The position numbers were made by a program, and so were the translations under genes. A model generated the notes under the pieces. The model saw only the letters and a program-made list of their open reading frames with translations, searched no databases and was not told the origin of the DNA. Positions 43,541-53,797 of a stretch of DNA of 64,000 nucleotides are shown piece after piece. The first letter of the stretch is position 1. Every line of letters starts with the position of its first letter. The DNA comes from Candidatus Methylopumilus universalis (lineage in GTDB: Bacteria > Pseudomonadota > Gammaproteobacteria > Burkholderiales > Methylophilaceae): NCBI GenBank assembly GCA_945883335.1, contig CAMCXI010000002.1, positions 193,658-257,657 on the forward strand, written 5' to 3'.

Positions 43541-44877
43541 TCCTGAGGCGGACCACCCCAAAGATCGTGTCCATCAGCATCGTAAATTTGCACTTCCACA
43601 AAATCACCAGGCGTTATGCCTTCAGCATCGGCCAAATACACAACTCCATCAATTTCTGGCGCATCAGCTTTAGTGCGTCCAATCGCTTCGATATTGCCTT
43701 CTTCGTCTTCTACAATCTCATCTACAAGCACGGTTTGCATGGTGCCGATTTTAGATTGCAACTTTGCAGCGCTAATCCGCTCTTGAACCTCCATAAAACG
43801 CGCTAGACGCTCTTTTTTTACTTCTTCAGGTACTTGGTCAGGAAGTGCATTGGCTGAAGCGCCATCGACTGCAGAATAGGTAAAGCAACCTACGCGATCC
43901 AATTGCGCTTCTTCTAAAAAATCGAGCAACATTTGGAAGTCATCTTCCGTTTCACCTGGAAAACCAGCAATGAAGGTACTGCGCACAGTAATATCTGGGC
44001 ATATATCGCGCCAGGCCTTGATGCGCGCTAAGTTATTTTCACTACTTGCTGGACGCTTCATGGCTTTTAAAATACGCGGGCTAGCATGTTGGAATGGAAC
44101 GTCCAAGTAAGGCAATATCAAGCCATCTGCCATTAATGGAATCACTTCATCAACATGTGGGTATGGATAAACATAGTGCAAACGCACCCAGACGCCTAAA
44201 TCACTGAGTGATTTTGTTAACTCTGTCATACGCGTTTTAACTGGTCGACCATTCCAAAAGCCGCTTCGGTACTTCACATCCACACCATATGCCGAAGTGT
44301 CTTGAGAGATCACCAAGATTTCAGAAACGCCAGCATTCACAAGGTTTTCAGCTTCATTCAAGACTTCGCCAACAGGACGACTCACCAAGTCGCCACGCAT
44401 GCTTGGAATAATACAGAAGCTACAACGGTGGTTACAGCCTTCGGAGATCTTTAAATAAGCATAATGGCTTGGCGTCAAACGTACGCCTTGTGGTGGCACT
44501 AAATCAACGTAAGGGTCATGCGGTTTAGGTAAATTAGCATGAACGGCTGTCATTACTTCTTCAAGCGCATGTGGCCCAGTCACGGCAAGCACACTAGGAT
44601 GCGCCGTTTGCACAACACCGCTCTTAGCACCCAAGCAACCAGTTACAATCACTTTGCCATTTTTATTAATGGCTTCACCAATAGCATCCAGTGATTCCTC
44701 AACCGCGCTATCAATGAAGCCGCAAGTGTTCACCACGACCAAATCAGCGTCTTCATATGAGCCAGATATTTCATAGCCTTCTGCACGCAATTGGGTGAGA
44801 ATACGCTCTGCATCTGAGCCGGCTTTAGGGCAACCAAGTGAAACGAAGCCAACTTTTGGTGTATTGTTTGAACTCAT
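43537..44877 (-). CDS. rimO: ribosomal protein S12 methylthiotransferase
   Basis: [12 protein letters not shown]-terminus, radical-SAM CNHRCSFC motif and a C-terminal TRAM domain. Confidence 0.95.
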   Translation of the reverse strand: MSSNNTPKVGFVSLGCPKAGSDAERILTQLRAEGYEISGSYEDADLVVVNTCGFIDSAVEESLDAIGEAINKNGKVIVTGCLGAKSGVVQTAHPSVLAVTGPHALEEVMTAVHANLPKPHDPYVDLVPPQGVRLTPSHYAYLKISEGCNHRCSFCIIPSMRGDLVSRPVGEVLNEAENLVNAGVSEILVISQDTSAYGVDVKYRSGFWNGRPVKTRMTELTKSLSDLGVWVRLHYVYPYPHVDEVIPLMADGLILPYLDVPFQHASPRILKAMKRPASSENNLARIKAWRDICPDITVRSTFIAGFPGETEDDFQMLLDFLEEAQLDRVGCFTYSAVDGASANALPDQVPEEVKKERLARFMEVQERISAAKLQSKIGTMQTVLVDEIVEDEEGNIEAIGRTKADAPEIDGVVYLADAEGITPGDFVEVQIYDADGHDLWGGPPQD

Positions 44878-44904
44878 GGAAATTAACCTACTTAAATATT
44901 AAAA

Positions 44905-45120
44905 ATGTACATCATTGCAATCGCTTGGCTTTACGTGACCTTTTTAATGGCTGCTACTGAAACTAGCATTACTGCGGGCATTCTTACTTTTTTCTTTTAC
45001 GGCTTAATGCCTTGTGGATTGCTCATGTGGATATTAGGTACGCCACAACGTAAACGTAAAAAAGCGCTACTCGAGGAAGAACTTCGTCAGCCAAATAGAT
45101 CCGATTCCCAAGCCGATTAA
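44905..45120 (+). CDS. hypothetical small two-TM membrane protein (71 aa)
   Basis: Two hydrophobic helices followed by the positive cluster QRKRKK. There is no clear SD. Its last 54 nt overlap the convergent ZIP gene. Confidence 0.45.
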   Translation: MYIIAIAWLYVTFLMAATETSITAGILTFFFYGLMPCGLLMWILGTPQRKRKKALLEEELRQPNRSDSQAD

Positions 45121-45960
45121 ACCAACTTGTGCAAATGTTTCTTTCAGCTCAGTGCGTTTATGCAAGCCTGGGATTAAATCTGCAACCGCAACATAGAGCA
45201 TGCTCGCCGCCGCTAGACCTAAGATTGTTGCAATCCAATTTTGTACCGTTTGCAAAGCAAAATAAGCTAATACTCCACCTACTACCGTCGCTAAGCTTGA
45301 AAATAAGTTAAACATCAACGCTTGTTTTTTGCTGTAACCTGAGTGCAGAAGAATTAAGAAATCGCCAACTTCCTGCGGAATTTCATGGGCAATAATCGCC
45401 ATGGCGGTTACCGCGCCTAGCCTAATATCAATCATAAAGGCTGCGGCAATTAAAATACCATCTACAAAATTATGAAAAGTATCACCCACCATAATCATCA
45501 TACCGCTTCGGCCTGAGTCATGGTGATGTCCATGTGAATGTGGCTTTACAATAGAGGGCGATTTGTGAGTAACCGCTTTGAATTTTGCGGTTTGATTGTC
45601 TGCATGATGCTGAACTTCATGTGCAGGACAATCATCCTCTGTATGCATAGCGTGGACTTCACAGTGCTCGCCGTGGCAGTGACGCCACAACACCAACTTT
45701 TCCAGCACAAAGAATAACAAAATGCCAAACAGCACTGTCGCTGCCATGCTTTCAACACTACTCGCCTCGTGGAAAGCATGCGGCAATATCTCAAGGAATA
45801 CTGCCCCCAACATCGCGCCAATCGCATAGCTAATCAGCATTGGAATCCATTGGGTACGAGCATTGAGTGCTACCAAGCCAGCACACATGACACTAAGCGC
45901 CCCGCCAAGCAAGCTTGCTGAAATAATCCAAGTTAAGGTAGGTATGTGTGCGTTAAACAT
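45067..45960 (-). CDS. ZIP-family divalent metal transporter with His-rich loop
   Basis: Polytopic protein with the ZIP signature HNFVDG...HEIPQEVGDF and a central His-rich loop (HCHGEHCEVHAMH...HSHGHHHD). Confidence 0.85.
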   Translation of the reverse strand: MFNAHIPTLTWIISASLLGGALSVMCAGLVALNARTQWIPMLISYAIGAMLGAVFLEILPHAFHEASSVESMAATVLFGILLFFVLEKLVLWRHCHGEHCEVHAMHTEDDCPAHEVQHHADNQTAKFKAVTHKSPSIVKPHSHGHHHDSGRSGMMIMVGDTFHNFVDGILIAAAFMIDIRLGAVTAMAIIAHEIPQEVGDFLILLHSGYSKKQALMFNLFSSLATVVGGVLAYFALQTVQNWIATILGLAAASMLYVAVADLIPGLHKRTELKETFAQVGLIGLGIGSIWLTKFFLE

Positions 45961-46045
45961 TTATTTTTTAGTTTCTTTATTGGATATGTCTTTATTTTAA
46001 ATCTTATTGCCAGGCCGATATTATAAACGAGGTGTCAAGCCTTGC

Positions 46046-46795
46046 TCATTCAAACCAGATCATTGTTGCCATGCGACCTGTAAGACCATCGCGTCTAAAT
46101 GAAAAATACCGGGATGGGTCGCTGTATGTACATTCTCCGCCGCCATAGATTTTATTAAGCCCCTGTTTATTCAAACGCTGTTTTGCAATCCCACATAAAT
46201 CTCCTAGCCATTTATCGCCATAGGCTTTGAAAGCCTGATCAGCTTGAGCATCTTGCGCAATAAACGCTTCACGCACCTCACTGCCTACTTCAAAAGCATC
46301 GGGGCCTATCGCAGGACCTAACCATGCCATTAACTCTTCTGGTTCAACGCCCATCATTTTAATAGTAGCCTCAATCACGCCATCACATAAGCTACGCCAA
46401 CCCGCATGGATAGAAGCAACTGCAGTGCCTTGCTGATTACATAGCAATACTGGCAAGCAATCGGCCGTCATGGTCACACAAACCACATTTTTATTTTTAC
46501 TAAACGATGCATCCGCATCTTGAACACACATGCTTTTAGTTGCATCAATCACTTCAACACCATGTACTTGATTAAGCCATACAGGCTCGGAAGGCAAATA
46601 GTCACTTAGTAATTGGCGATTTTTTGCAACCGCCAAACCATCATCTTGCACATGCAAACCAAGATTTAGGCTGCCATATGGCGCAACACTATAGCCCCCT
46701 AGCCGAGTCGTTTGTATCGCTTTCACATTGACTGGTGATGGCCAATCTGGAATGATGAAGTCAACCTTACTCAATATCCTCTTCACCCTCTTCAA
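46046..46795 (-). CDS. pgeF: YfiH/PgeF-family laccase-domain protein (peptidoglycan editing factor / purine nucleoside phosphorylase family)
   Basis: DWPSPVNVKAIQTTRLGG N-terminus and TADCLPVLL / HAGWRS motifs. rluD-pgeF synteny. The start overlaps the rluD tail by 29 nt. Confidence 0.88.
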   Translation of the reverse strand: MKRVKRILSKVDFIIPDWPSPVNVKAIQTTRLGGYSVAPYGSLNLGLHVQDDGLAVAKNRQLLSDYLPSEPVWLNQVHGVEVIDATKSMCVQDADASFSKNKNVVCVTMTADCLPVLLCNQQGTAVASIHAGWRSLCDGVIEATIKMMGVEPEELMAWLGPAIGPDAFEVGSEVREAFIAQDAQADQAFKAYGDKWLGDLCGIAKQRLNKQGLNKIYGGGECTYSDPSRYFSFRRDGLTGRMATMIWFE

Positions 46796-47858
46796 GTGGT
46801 TCTAGATCGGCGTCCAATTCACATTCGTCATCGAATTCATCATCTTCGTAATCCTCATCAGACAAATAAGGATCTTCACTAAACTCAAATGGTTCTTCAA
46901 GCGGTGCATCCTCATGACGCATGGCCTCTAGTAAAGCTTTCATGTCATCAGCCAATTCTATCTGCCATTCAATTGGCTCATTAGTGGCAGGATGGATTAA
47001 GCCTAACTTGATCGCATGCAAAGCTTGTCTATCAAAGCCCTGAACAAAGTCTCTGAGTGTTTGTGTCATCGCCTTTAATGGAATGATGCCTTTATACCCA
47101 TAAACAGTATCACCAACAATTGGCGCTTTTAAAAATTGCATGTGCACACGAATTTGATGAGTTCGTCCTGTCTCTAGGTTACAACGCATATAGGTATGGA
47201 CTGCAAAACGTTCTAACACTTCATAGCGCGTCACCGCTGGCTTACCCATCTTATTAATCGCCATTTTAGTGCGCGAGTGTGAATGGCGACCAATTGGTTG
47301 GTCTATCTTGCCGTTGCGCCACACCTGCCCCCAAACAATGGTGCGATATTCGCGTTTAACGGTGCGAGCCTGTAACTGTCTTACAAGATTGGTTTGCGCG
47401 GTCAATGTTTTAGCAATCACCAACAAGCCGCTGGTATCTTTGTCTAAACGATGCACAATCCCAGCTCGCGGCAGATCTTTAGATTGAGGCACATGATGAA
47501 GAATGGCATTAAGCAAGGTACCATCCCAATTACCAGCTGCTGGATGCACCACCATACCCGCTGGTTTATTAACCACAAGTATATGATCATCTTCATAAAC
47601 AATATTCAGGGGAATATCTTGTGCGAGAAAGGCGCTTACTTCCGGTTTTTCTTGTGCATGCACTAAAACTTTTTCCCCACCCCAAACTTTGTTCTTTGCG
47701 GAACTAGCTTCACCATTTAAGGTAACTAAGCCGTCTTTAATCCAAGATTGAAGACGTGAACGAGAATGCTCTGGCAACATGCGCTGTAAAGCTTGGTCTA
47801 GTCGCAATCCTCCCAAATCTTGTGGGATAATAAGAGCAATAGGTGTGTTTTGTGTCAT
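46767..47858 (-). CDS. rluD: 23S rRNA pseudouridine(1911/1915/1917) synthase RluD with long acidic C-terminal tail
   Basis: S4 domain followed by the catalytic motif HRLDKDTSGLLV. It is divergent from bamD, as in E. coli (yfiO-rluD). The last ~45 aa are almost entirely D/E. Confidence 0.92.
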   Translation of the reverse strand: MTQNTPIALIIPQDLGGLRLDQALQRMLPEHSRSRLQSWIKDGLVTLNGEASSAKNKVWGGEKVLVHAQEKPEVSAFLAQDIPLNIVYEDDHILVVNKPAGMVVHPAAGNWDGTLLNAILHHVPQSKDLPRAGIVHRLDKDTSGLLVIAKTLTAQTNLVRQLQARTVKREYRTIVWGQVWRNGKIDQPIGRHSHSRTKMAINKMGKPAVTRYEVLERFAVHTYMRCNLETGRTHQIRVHMQFLKAPIVGDTVYGYKGIIPLKAMTQTLRDFVQGFDRQALHAIKLGLIHPATNEPIEWQIELADDMKALLEAMRHEDAPLEEPFEFSEDPYLSDEDYEDDEFDDECELDADLEPLEEGEEDIE

Positions 47859-47910
47859 CAGTTATAATCAGTTTTAAATTAAATCAATCAATTTTTTAGG
47901 TATTCAATCA

Positions 47911-48711
47911 ATGAAATACAGTTTAGCGTTTTTTGTAGCAATTTGGCTCACAGGTTGTAGTATTTTCGGCGCACCTACTGAGCTCGATGAAACAAAATCT
48001 TGGCCTGCTGAGCGCCTCTATCAAGAAGCTGCCACTAAGATGCGTGACCGCGACTACGAAAAAGGTATTAAGTATTTCAAAATACTGGAGTCTCGTTATC
48101 CCCACGGCAAATATGCAGCACAAGCTCAATTAGAAACGGCTTATGCGTATTACAAAAAATCAGACCCGGCCTCCTGTACTGCTGCTGCTGAGCGTTTTAT
48201 CAAGCTACATCCCAACCACCCTAATGTTGACTATGCATACTATATGCGAGGCCTTGCAAGCTTCACAGAGCGGGGTGTTGTAGATAAATTAACTAGCCAG
48301 GAAATTAACGACCGCGACCCTAAAGCAATGAATGCCTCATTCCTGGCATTCAAGGAACTCATTACTCGCTACCCTGATAGCCGTTATGCAAAAGACAGCG
48401 CATTACGTATGACCTATCTTGTAAACGCTTTAGCAGCCCACGAACTTCATGTGGCTCGTTACTACATGAAACGACAAGCTTACTTAGCTTCTGTTAACCG
48501 TTGCAAATACGTGCTTGAGAATTACCCTCAATCAACAAGCCTAGAAGAAGCATTAGTCATTATGGTGAGCGCCTATGACTTCCTTCAAATGCAAGATCTA
48601 AAAGAAGACACAATGCGCGTTCTCAAGGTCAATTACCCAAACAGCAAAATGCTCGGCAAAGGCGTACCTGATGATGAGCGCGTATGGTGGAAATTTTGGG
48701 ATAGTTTATAA
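47911..48711 (+). CDS. bamD: outer membrane protein assembly factor BamD
   Basis: Lipobox LTGCS, TPR-like repeats and synteny with rluD. Confidence 0.92.
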   Translation: MKYSLAFFVAIWLTGCSIFGAPTELDETKSWPAERLYQEAATKMRDRDYEKGIKYFKILESRYPHGKYAAQAQLETAYAYYKKSDPASCTAAAERFIKLHPNHPNVDYAYYMRGLASFTERGVVDKLTSQEINDRDPKAMNASFLAFKELITRYPDSRYAKDSALRMTYLVNALAAHELHVARYYMKRQAYLASVNRCKYVLENYPQSTSLEEALVIMVSAYDFLQMQDLKEDTMRVLKVNYPNSKMLGKGVPDDERVWWKFWDSL

Positions 48712-48740
48712 ACTAACCTCATAAAACTCCTATAAAAACA

Positions 48741-48776
48741 AAAAATTAAGCACCGCGATGTAGGCGGTGCTTTTTT
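48741..48776. terminator. bidirectional rho-independent terminator between convergent bamD and der
   Basis: Perfect 8-bp stem AGCACCGC(48749-48756)/GCGGTGCT(48764-48771) with a 7-nt loop, an A-run upstream and T6 downstream. Confidence 0.75.
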
Positions 48777-48793
48777 ATTGCCCTTATCTTTAT

Positions 48794-50281
48794 TTACGGT
48801 CTCTTTTTCTTAGGCGCTTTTTTCGCAATCTCAAGCCCAGAAGCTTTATGCTTACCTTGCTTCTCTTCATCGTTCTTGCGCGCATTTAATTCAGCACGCT
48901 GGGCCGTCTTACGACGACGCATACTCACAATGCCCTCACCTTGCACGCGTTTATCTGGCTCAGCAAATGGATTATCACCTTGATTAAACTGCACTCTCAA
49001 AGGCGTGCCTGTGAGTTGAAATGTCTTACGAAAAACGCCCTCTAAAAAGCGTTTGTAGGTATCTTTAACACCATCAACGTGATTGCCGTGAATGACCACA
49101 ATCGGTGGATTGCTACCGCCTTGGTGGGCATAGCGCAGTTTTGGACGAATGCCTTTACTAATTGGCGGCTGATGTTGCGCAATAGCATCAATCAATACAC
49201 GCGTTAACTGCGGAGTGGATAGCTTAGCCATTGCAGCTTTGTAAGCACCATCTACTGATGTAAATAGCTCTGGTAAGCCTTTTTTGCGCAATGCTGAAAT
49301 GTAATGAAATTTTGCAAAATCCAAAAATTGAAGCTTGCGATCAATCTCACGCTTAATCCAGTCGCGCTGATCTTCTTTCAAGCCATCCCATTTATTAATG
49401 GCAACCACCAAAGCACGGCCCGTTTCAAGAATATACGCAGCAACGTGTGCATCTTGTTCTGTAATACCTTCTTGGGCGTCTACCACCAAGATAGCGACGT
49501 TTGCCTCTTCAATCGCCTGAATGGTTTTAATGACTGAGAATTTCTCAATCGCTTCGAACACTTTGCCGCGCTTACGCACACCAGCAGTGTCGATAATCGT
49601 GTAATGTTTACCGTTCTTTTCTAAATCAATATAAATTGAATCACGCGTTGTCCCTGGTTGGTCAAACGCGATTACACGTTCCTCGCCGAGTAAAGCATTG
49701 ACCAACGTTGACTTTCCTACGTTAGGACGACCAACAATCGCTACTTTAGGTGCATCCTCTTCATTAAATGGCGATGCTTCTTCAGGCTCGGCAAATGGCT
49801 CGAGCGCCAACTCAACCAAATCACGCACCCCTTCACCATGTGCTGATGAAATAGACAGTGGATCACCCAAACCTAATTCGTGAAATTCTGCGCTGACAAC
49901 AGCGCGCTGCATGCCCTCTGTTTTATTTACGGCCAGTAAAACTGGTCGCTGACTTTTGCGTAAGCGATTTGCAATTACCTTATCTTGCGGGCTTACCCCT
50001 TGACGGCCATCTACTACAAAAACAATCACATCAGCTTCATCAATGGCGAGTAACGTTTGACGCGCCATTTCTTTCATAATGCCGCTTTCAGCTGTGGGTT
50101 CAAACCCACCTGTATCAACCACTAAAAATGGCTTATCCCCGCCCACACCTCTGCCGTAATGACGGTCACGTGTCAAACCAGGAAGGTCTGCTACAAGCGC
50201 GTCACGGCTTTTAGTGAGTCGGTTAAAAAGAGTGGATTTGCCGACATTTGGTCGACCAACTAAAACAATGGTAGGTAGCAT
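48794..50281 (-). CDS. der: ribosome biogenesis GTPase Der (EngA) with Lys-rich C-terminal extension
   Basis: Two tandem G domains ([12 protein letters not shown] and [12 protein letters not shown]) plus a KH-like domain. bamB-der synteny. Confidence 0.95.
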   Translation of the reverse strand: MLPTIVLVGRPNVGKSTLFNRLTKSRDALVADLPGLTRDRHYGRGVGGDKPFLVVDTGGFEPTAESGIMKEMARQTLLAIDEADVIVFVVDGRQGVSPQDKVIANRLRKSQRPVLLAVNKTEGMQRAVVSAEFHELGLGDPLSISSAHGEGVRDLVELALEPFAEPEEASPFNEEDAPKVAIVGRPNVGKSTLVNALLGEERVIAFDQPGTTRDSIYIDLEKNGKHYTIIDTAGVRKRGKVFEAIEKFSVIKTIQAIEEANVAILVVDAQEGITEQDAHVAAYILETGRALVVAINKWDGLKEDQRDWIKREIDRKLQFLDFAKFHYISALRKKGLPELFTSVDGAYKAAMAKLSTPQLTRVLIDAIAQHQPPISKGIRPKLRYAHQGGSNPPIVVIHGNHVDGVKDTYKRFLEGVFRKTFQLTGTPLRVQFNQGDNPFAEPDKRVQGEGIVSMRRRKTAQRAELNARKNDEEKQGKHKASGLEIAKKAPKKKRP

Positions 50282-50284
50282 GTA

Positions 50285-51457
50285 TTACTTAATTGAGATG
50301 GCGAAAATGCCACCTTTTCTGGTTTGTGTAATGATGATACTTGAACCAACTGCAAGCATTTGAGGCATGATTGCTGAGTTTTCTAATTGTAGTCTTGCAG
50401 CAAAAGATCCATCTTCACGATTTAGGAAGTGAACATAGCCCTCAACGTCTCCGAGTGCAATTAGATTTCCCATCGGTAATGGTGCTGATATACGGCGTTG
50501 TTTTAGATCTCCCTGGCGCCAGAATGTTTTGCCTGTACTGAAATCAAGGGCATAAATAGCACTGTTGGCGTGCGTGACGTAAACTTTCGCATCTTCAGCA
50601 TTTAAACCTGTATAACTAGAAATGTCTCTAGACCAGGCCAAACGCCCTGAGGCGCGGTCTACTGCTGCTACTTTACCTTGGTACGCAACTGCATACACTA
50701 GACTGCCATCAACAACTGGCATGCTGGTAATATCTGCAATCCGCTCAATCTCTGTCGTTCCTTTAGGTTGCGCCACAGAAACTTCCCAAATAACTTTACC
50801 ATCTTCCACACGCAATGCGATTAATTTACCGCCAGCAAAGCCTGCGTAAGCTGCGCCGCCTTCAAGCGCTACACCAGCACTACTTCTCAAGGACAATGCG
50901 GGTGTTGCACGTTCATAAACCCATTTTCTAGATCCATCCACAGCATTTAGGCCGTAAATACGGCTATCGCCACAACGCACAACGACCACACCATAATCCG
51001 CCTTTGGCGAACTCAGCACTTGACTACTTACTTTAGATTTCCAAAGAAGCTTGCCTGAAAGATCGTAAGCCAAGACGTAACCTTTGGCCGTCCCTAGCAA
51101 CAATAAATTGCCACCCAGCCCAACGCCACCGGTTAGCGGCTCACCTGAGTTTATTCTCCATATTTGTTTTCCATCAGCTACGCTGAGCTTGGTGATTTCC
51201 CCGTTTGCACTTGCAGCGTACAAGAAACCATTGTCAGATTGCGTTGTGAAGTCTGCATCTAAGCTATCCCCTAATTGGGCACTCCATAATAGTTTCACTT
51301 GTGCTGTGGTTTTAATCTCATTGAGCTCAGATGGTGTCTCATTGATCTCACGACCGAATAAGCGCTCTGACATGTCATCCTTTAAATCGGTGATCGATGT
51401 ACAAGCACTTAGCGAGATTAGACTGAATAAAACAACTATATTAAAAAATCTCAACAC
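50285..51457 (-). CDS. bamB: outer membrane protein assembly factor BamB
   Basis: Lipobox LSAC and PQQ-like beta-propeller repeats, located between yfgM and der. Confidence 0.9.
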   Translation of the reverse strand: MLRFFNIVVLFSLISLSACTSITDLKDDMSERLFGREINETPSELNEIKTTAQVKLLWSAQLGDSLDADFTTQSDNGFLYAASANGEITKLSVADGKQIWRINSGEPLTGGVGLGGNLLLLGTAKGYVLAYDLSGKLLWKSKVSSQVLSSPKADYGVVVVRCGDSRIYGLNAVDGSRKWVYERATPALSLRSSAGVALEGGAAYAGFAGGKLIALRVEDGKVIWEVSVAQPKGTTEIERIADITSMPVVDGSLVYAVAYQGKVAAVDRASGRLAWSRDISSYTGLNAEDAKVYVTHANSAIYALDFSTGKTFWRQGDLKQRRISAPLPMGNLIALGDVEGYVHFLNREDGSFAARLQLENSAIMPQMLAVGSSIIITQTRKGGIFAISIK

Positions 51458-52092
51458 TAGTTCCCCAAAACTTCTAATTTATGCTGAGTGAATTTCACAA
51501 GCCGTCCTTGTGAGTCTAGTTTTTCCAATGCTTCTTTATATGCGACTTTTGCATCAGCAGGCTTGCCAAGAGCGACTAAAACATCTCCCTTTAAATCAGC
51601 AAATAGACCGTCGAATCCATCGGTATGTTTTTCATTAAGTGTTTTGAGTGCGCCAGCGTAATCTTTTTCTTCAAACTGCAATGAAGCTAGCTCTATCAAT
51701 GCCATCGCTTGAATTGCATCTTCTTTTGCATGCTTAGTAGACCACTCTAATTGTGACTTAGCGCTTTTGATTTCATGCGCTTGAAAATTTGCTTTAGCAG
51801 CGGTTAATGCAGCACGTCCAGCATAAGGTGTGCTTGGAAATTTATCCATTAGATCAGCAGAAACCAATTGAATTGCTTTAAGGTTTTTAGCATCCGTAAT
51901 ATCTAGCTTCAGTAGATTTTCGTATTGGGCTGACGCTTTTAAAGATTGTTGATCTTGATAATATTGCCAGCCTTGATATCCTAAATAACCAACAACCAAA
52001 ACAGTTACCAATGTCAGTGCTTTTTTACCGTGCAGTTTCCACCAAGCTTTAAACTCGTCTAACTGCTCTTGTTCTTCTAAATCGTATGCCAT
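51457..52092 (-). CDS. yfgM: YfgM-family TPR membrane protein (SecYEG-ancillary)
   Basis: N-terminus EEQEQLDEFKAWWKLHGK, a single TM helix and a TPR-like periplasmic part. Conserved position upstream of bamB. Confidence 0.8.
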   Translation of the reverse strand: MAYDLEEQEQLDEFKAWWKLHGKKALTLVTVLVVGYLGYQGWQYYQDQQSLKASAQYENLLKLDITDAKNLKAIQLVSADLMDKFPSTPYAGRAALTAAKANFQAHEIKSAKSQLEWSTKHAKEDAIQAMALIELASLQFEEKDYAGALKTLNEKHTDGFDGLFADLKGDVLVALGKPADAKVAYKEALEKLDSQGRLVKFTQHKLEVLGN

Positions 52093-52148
52093 GCTAATTT
52101 CCTTACTTAATCCCGTTTATCAAAATTTTTACTTTAATTTAGCGCATG

Positions 52149-52952
52149 TTATCCACGATGGCTTTTTTGTCCTGGAATAGCTTTAAGCAGATTCTGAGTA
52201 TATTGTTGCTTAGGAGACTCATAAACTTCATGAACACTCCCTCTTTCAACGATTTTCCCTTGATACATGACTGCTATTTCATCGGCAATATGGCGAACGA
52301 CACGCAGATCGTGGCTAATAAAGATATAACTTAAGGACATCTCTTGTTGCAATTCCTTTAACAGCAAAATGATCTGAGCTTGAATTGAAACATCTAGCGC
52401 CGAAACAGGTTCGTCACACACAACCACTTTTGGTGAGAGCACTAGTGCTCTTGCGATACCAATACGCTGACGTTGCCCACCTGAAAACTCATGCGGGTAT
52501 TTCTGCATATCCACTTCTGCAAGTCCGACACGCTTAAGCATATTTAATGCTTTTTCAAAACGCTCATCCTTGTTGCCAAGCCCATGAATTAACAAGCCTT
52601 CCTCTACAATTTCACCCACCTTCATTCTAGGGTTAAGTGAAGCAAAAGGATCCTGGAAAATCATTTGCAAATATCGACGTTGGTATCTTAACTCTTTTGC
52701 AGGCAAGTCTGCCAAATCACGGCCTAGAAAAAATACCGAGCCACCATCTAAGGGTTGCAATTGTAACAGACATCTCGCTAACGTGGATTTGCCACTGCCA
52801 GATTCTCCAACCACCGCCAAGGTGCTTGAGTGACGTAATTCCAAGCTAACATTATCAAGCGCTTTAACTTGTGTCGTCCCAAAACCAAAGCGACCAGAAC
52901 GCTGAGTGTAAAATTTATTAAGATCACGTGCTTTTAAAATAAACTCACTCAT
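52149..52952 (-). CDS. ABC transporter ATP-binding protein, DppF/OppF-like
   Basis: Walker A GESGSGKST, signature FSGGQRQR, Walker B VVVCDEPVSALD and the peptide/nickel-type C-terminal extension. Confidence 0.85.
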   Translation of the reverse strand: MSEFILKARDLNKFYTQRSGRFGFGTTQVKALDNVSLELRHSSTLAVVGESGSGKSTLARCLLQLQPLDGGSVFFLGRDLADLPAKELRYQRRYLQMIFQDPFASLNPRMKVGEIVEEGLLIHGLGNKDERFEKALNMLKRVGLAEVDMQKYPHEFSGGQRQRIGIARALVLSPKVVVCDEPVSALDVSIQAQIILLLKELQQEMSLSYIFISHDLRVVRHIADEIAVMYQGKIVERGSVHEVYESPKQQYTQNLLKAIPGQKSHRG

Positions 52953-53788
52953 GTTGGCACCTGTTCATTTTTAAGCCATGCATAATCTATAGGTTTAAGT
53001 GGCTTTTTCCCTTCAGCGTCTGGCACGCAAGCCAACAAGGCTTTTGTGTAAGGATGCGCAGGGTTATTTAACACCTGAGCAACTGTGCCCGCCTCCACCA
53101 CTTCACCGCGGAACATTACAACCACATCATCAGCAACATCAGCTACCACACCAAAATCGTGTGTAATCAGCAACATGCCCATATTCATACTTGTTTTAAG
53201 GCTGTCTAATAAGGTCAAGATTTGGGCTTGAACAGTAACATCCAAAGCTGTTGTAGGCTCATCAGCAATCAACATTAATGGTGCGCAGGCAATACTCATT
53301 GCAATCATTACGCGCTGTCTTTGCCCGCCAGAAAGCTCATCAGGATAGCTATTAGCACGATGTGCTGGAATGCCTACCTGCTCAAGCAGGGCAGTAACCT
53401 TCTCTTTTAATAGATCACCTTTAAGCCCAAGATGAACAGTCAATGGCTCTCCTATTTGATAGCCTATTGTTAACACAGGATTTAGTGATGTCATTGGCTC
53501 TTGAAAAATCATGCCGATTTGACGACCACGAATTTTTCGCATTTCCTCAGCACTAAAGTCTGCTAAATCTTGGCCTTTGAATAAAACACGTCCGCTTGTT
53601 TGCAATAATTGCTTTGATAACAATCCCATCACCGAAAGCGCCGTTAAGCTTTTGCCACTGCCCGACTCACCTACCACACATGTGGTTTTTCCTGGTTCAA
53701 TCGAAAGTGATACATTACTCACCAATTCGCGATTTGGTGCATTCGCAGGACAGATTGTCAGTGCTTCAATTTTGAGAAGTTCGGCCAT
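52949..53788 (-). CDS. ABC transporter ATP-binding protein, DppD/OppD-like
   Basis: Walker A GESGSGKSL, signature LSGGQRQR, Walker B LIADEPTTALD and the C-terminal motif NPAHPYTKALL. ATGA overlap with the downstream ATPase gene. Confidence 0.85.
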   Translation of the reverse strand: MAELLKIEALTICPANAPNRELVSNVSLSIEPGKTTCVVGESGSGKSLTALSVMGLLSKQLLQTSGRVLFKGQDLADFSAEEMRKIRGRQIGMIFQEPMTSLNPVLTIGYQIGEPLTVHLGLKGDLLKEKVTALLEQVGIPAHRANSYPDELSGGQRQRVMIAMSIACAPLMLIADEPTTALDVTVQAQILTLLDSLKTSMNMGMLLITHDFGVVADVADDVVVMFRGEVVEAGTVAQVLNNPAHPYTKALLACVPDAEGKKPLKPIDYAWLKNEQVPT

Positions 53789-53797
53789 AACACCTAT

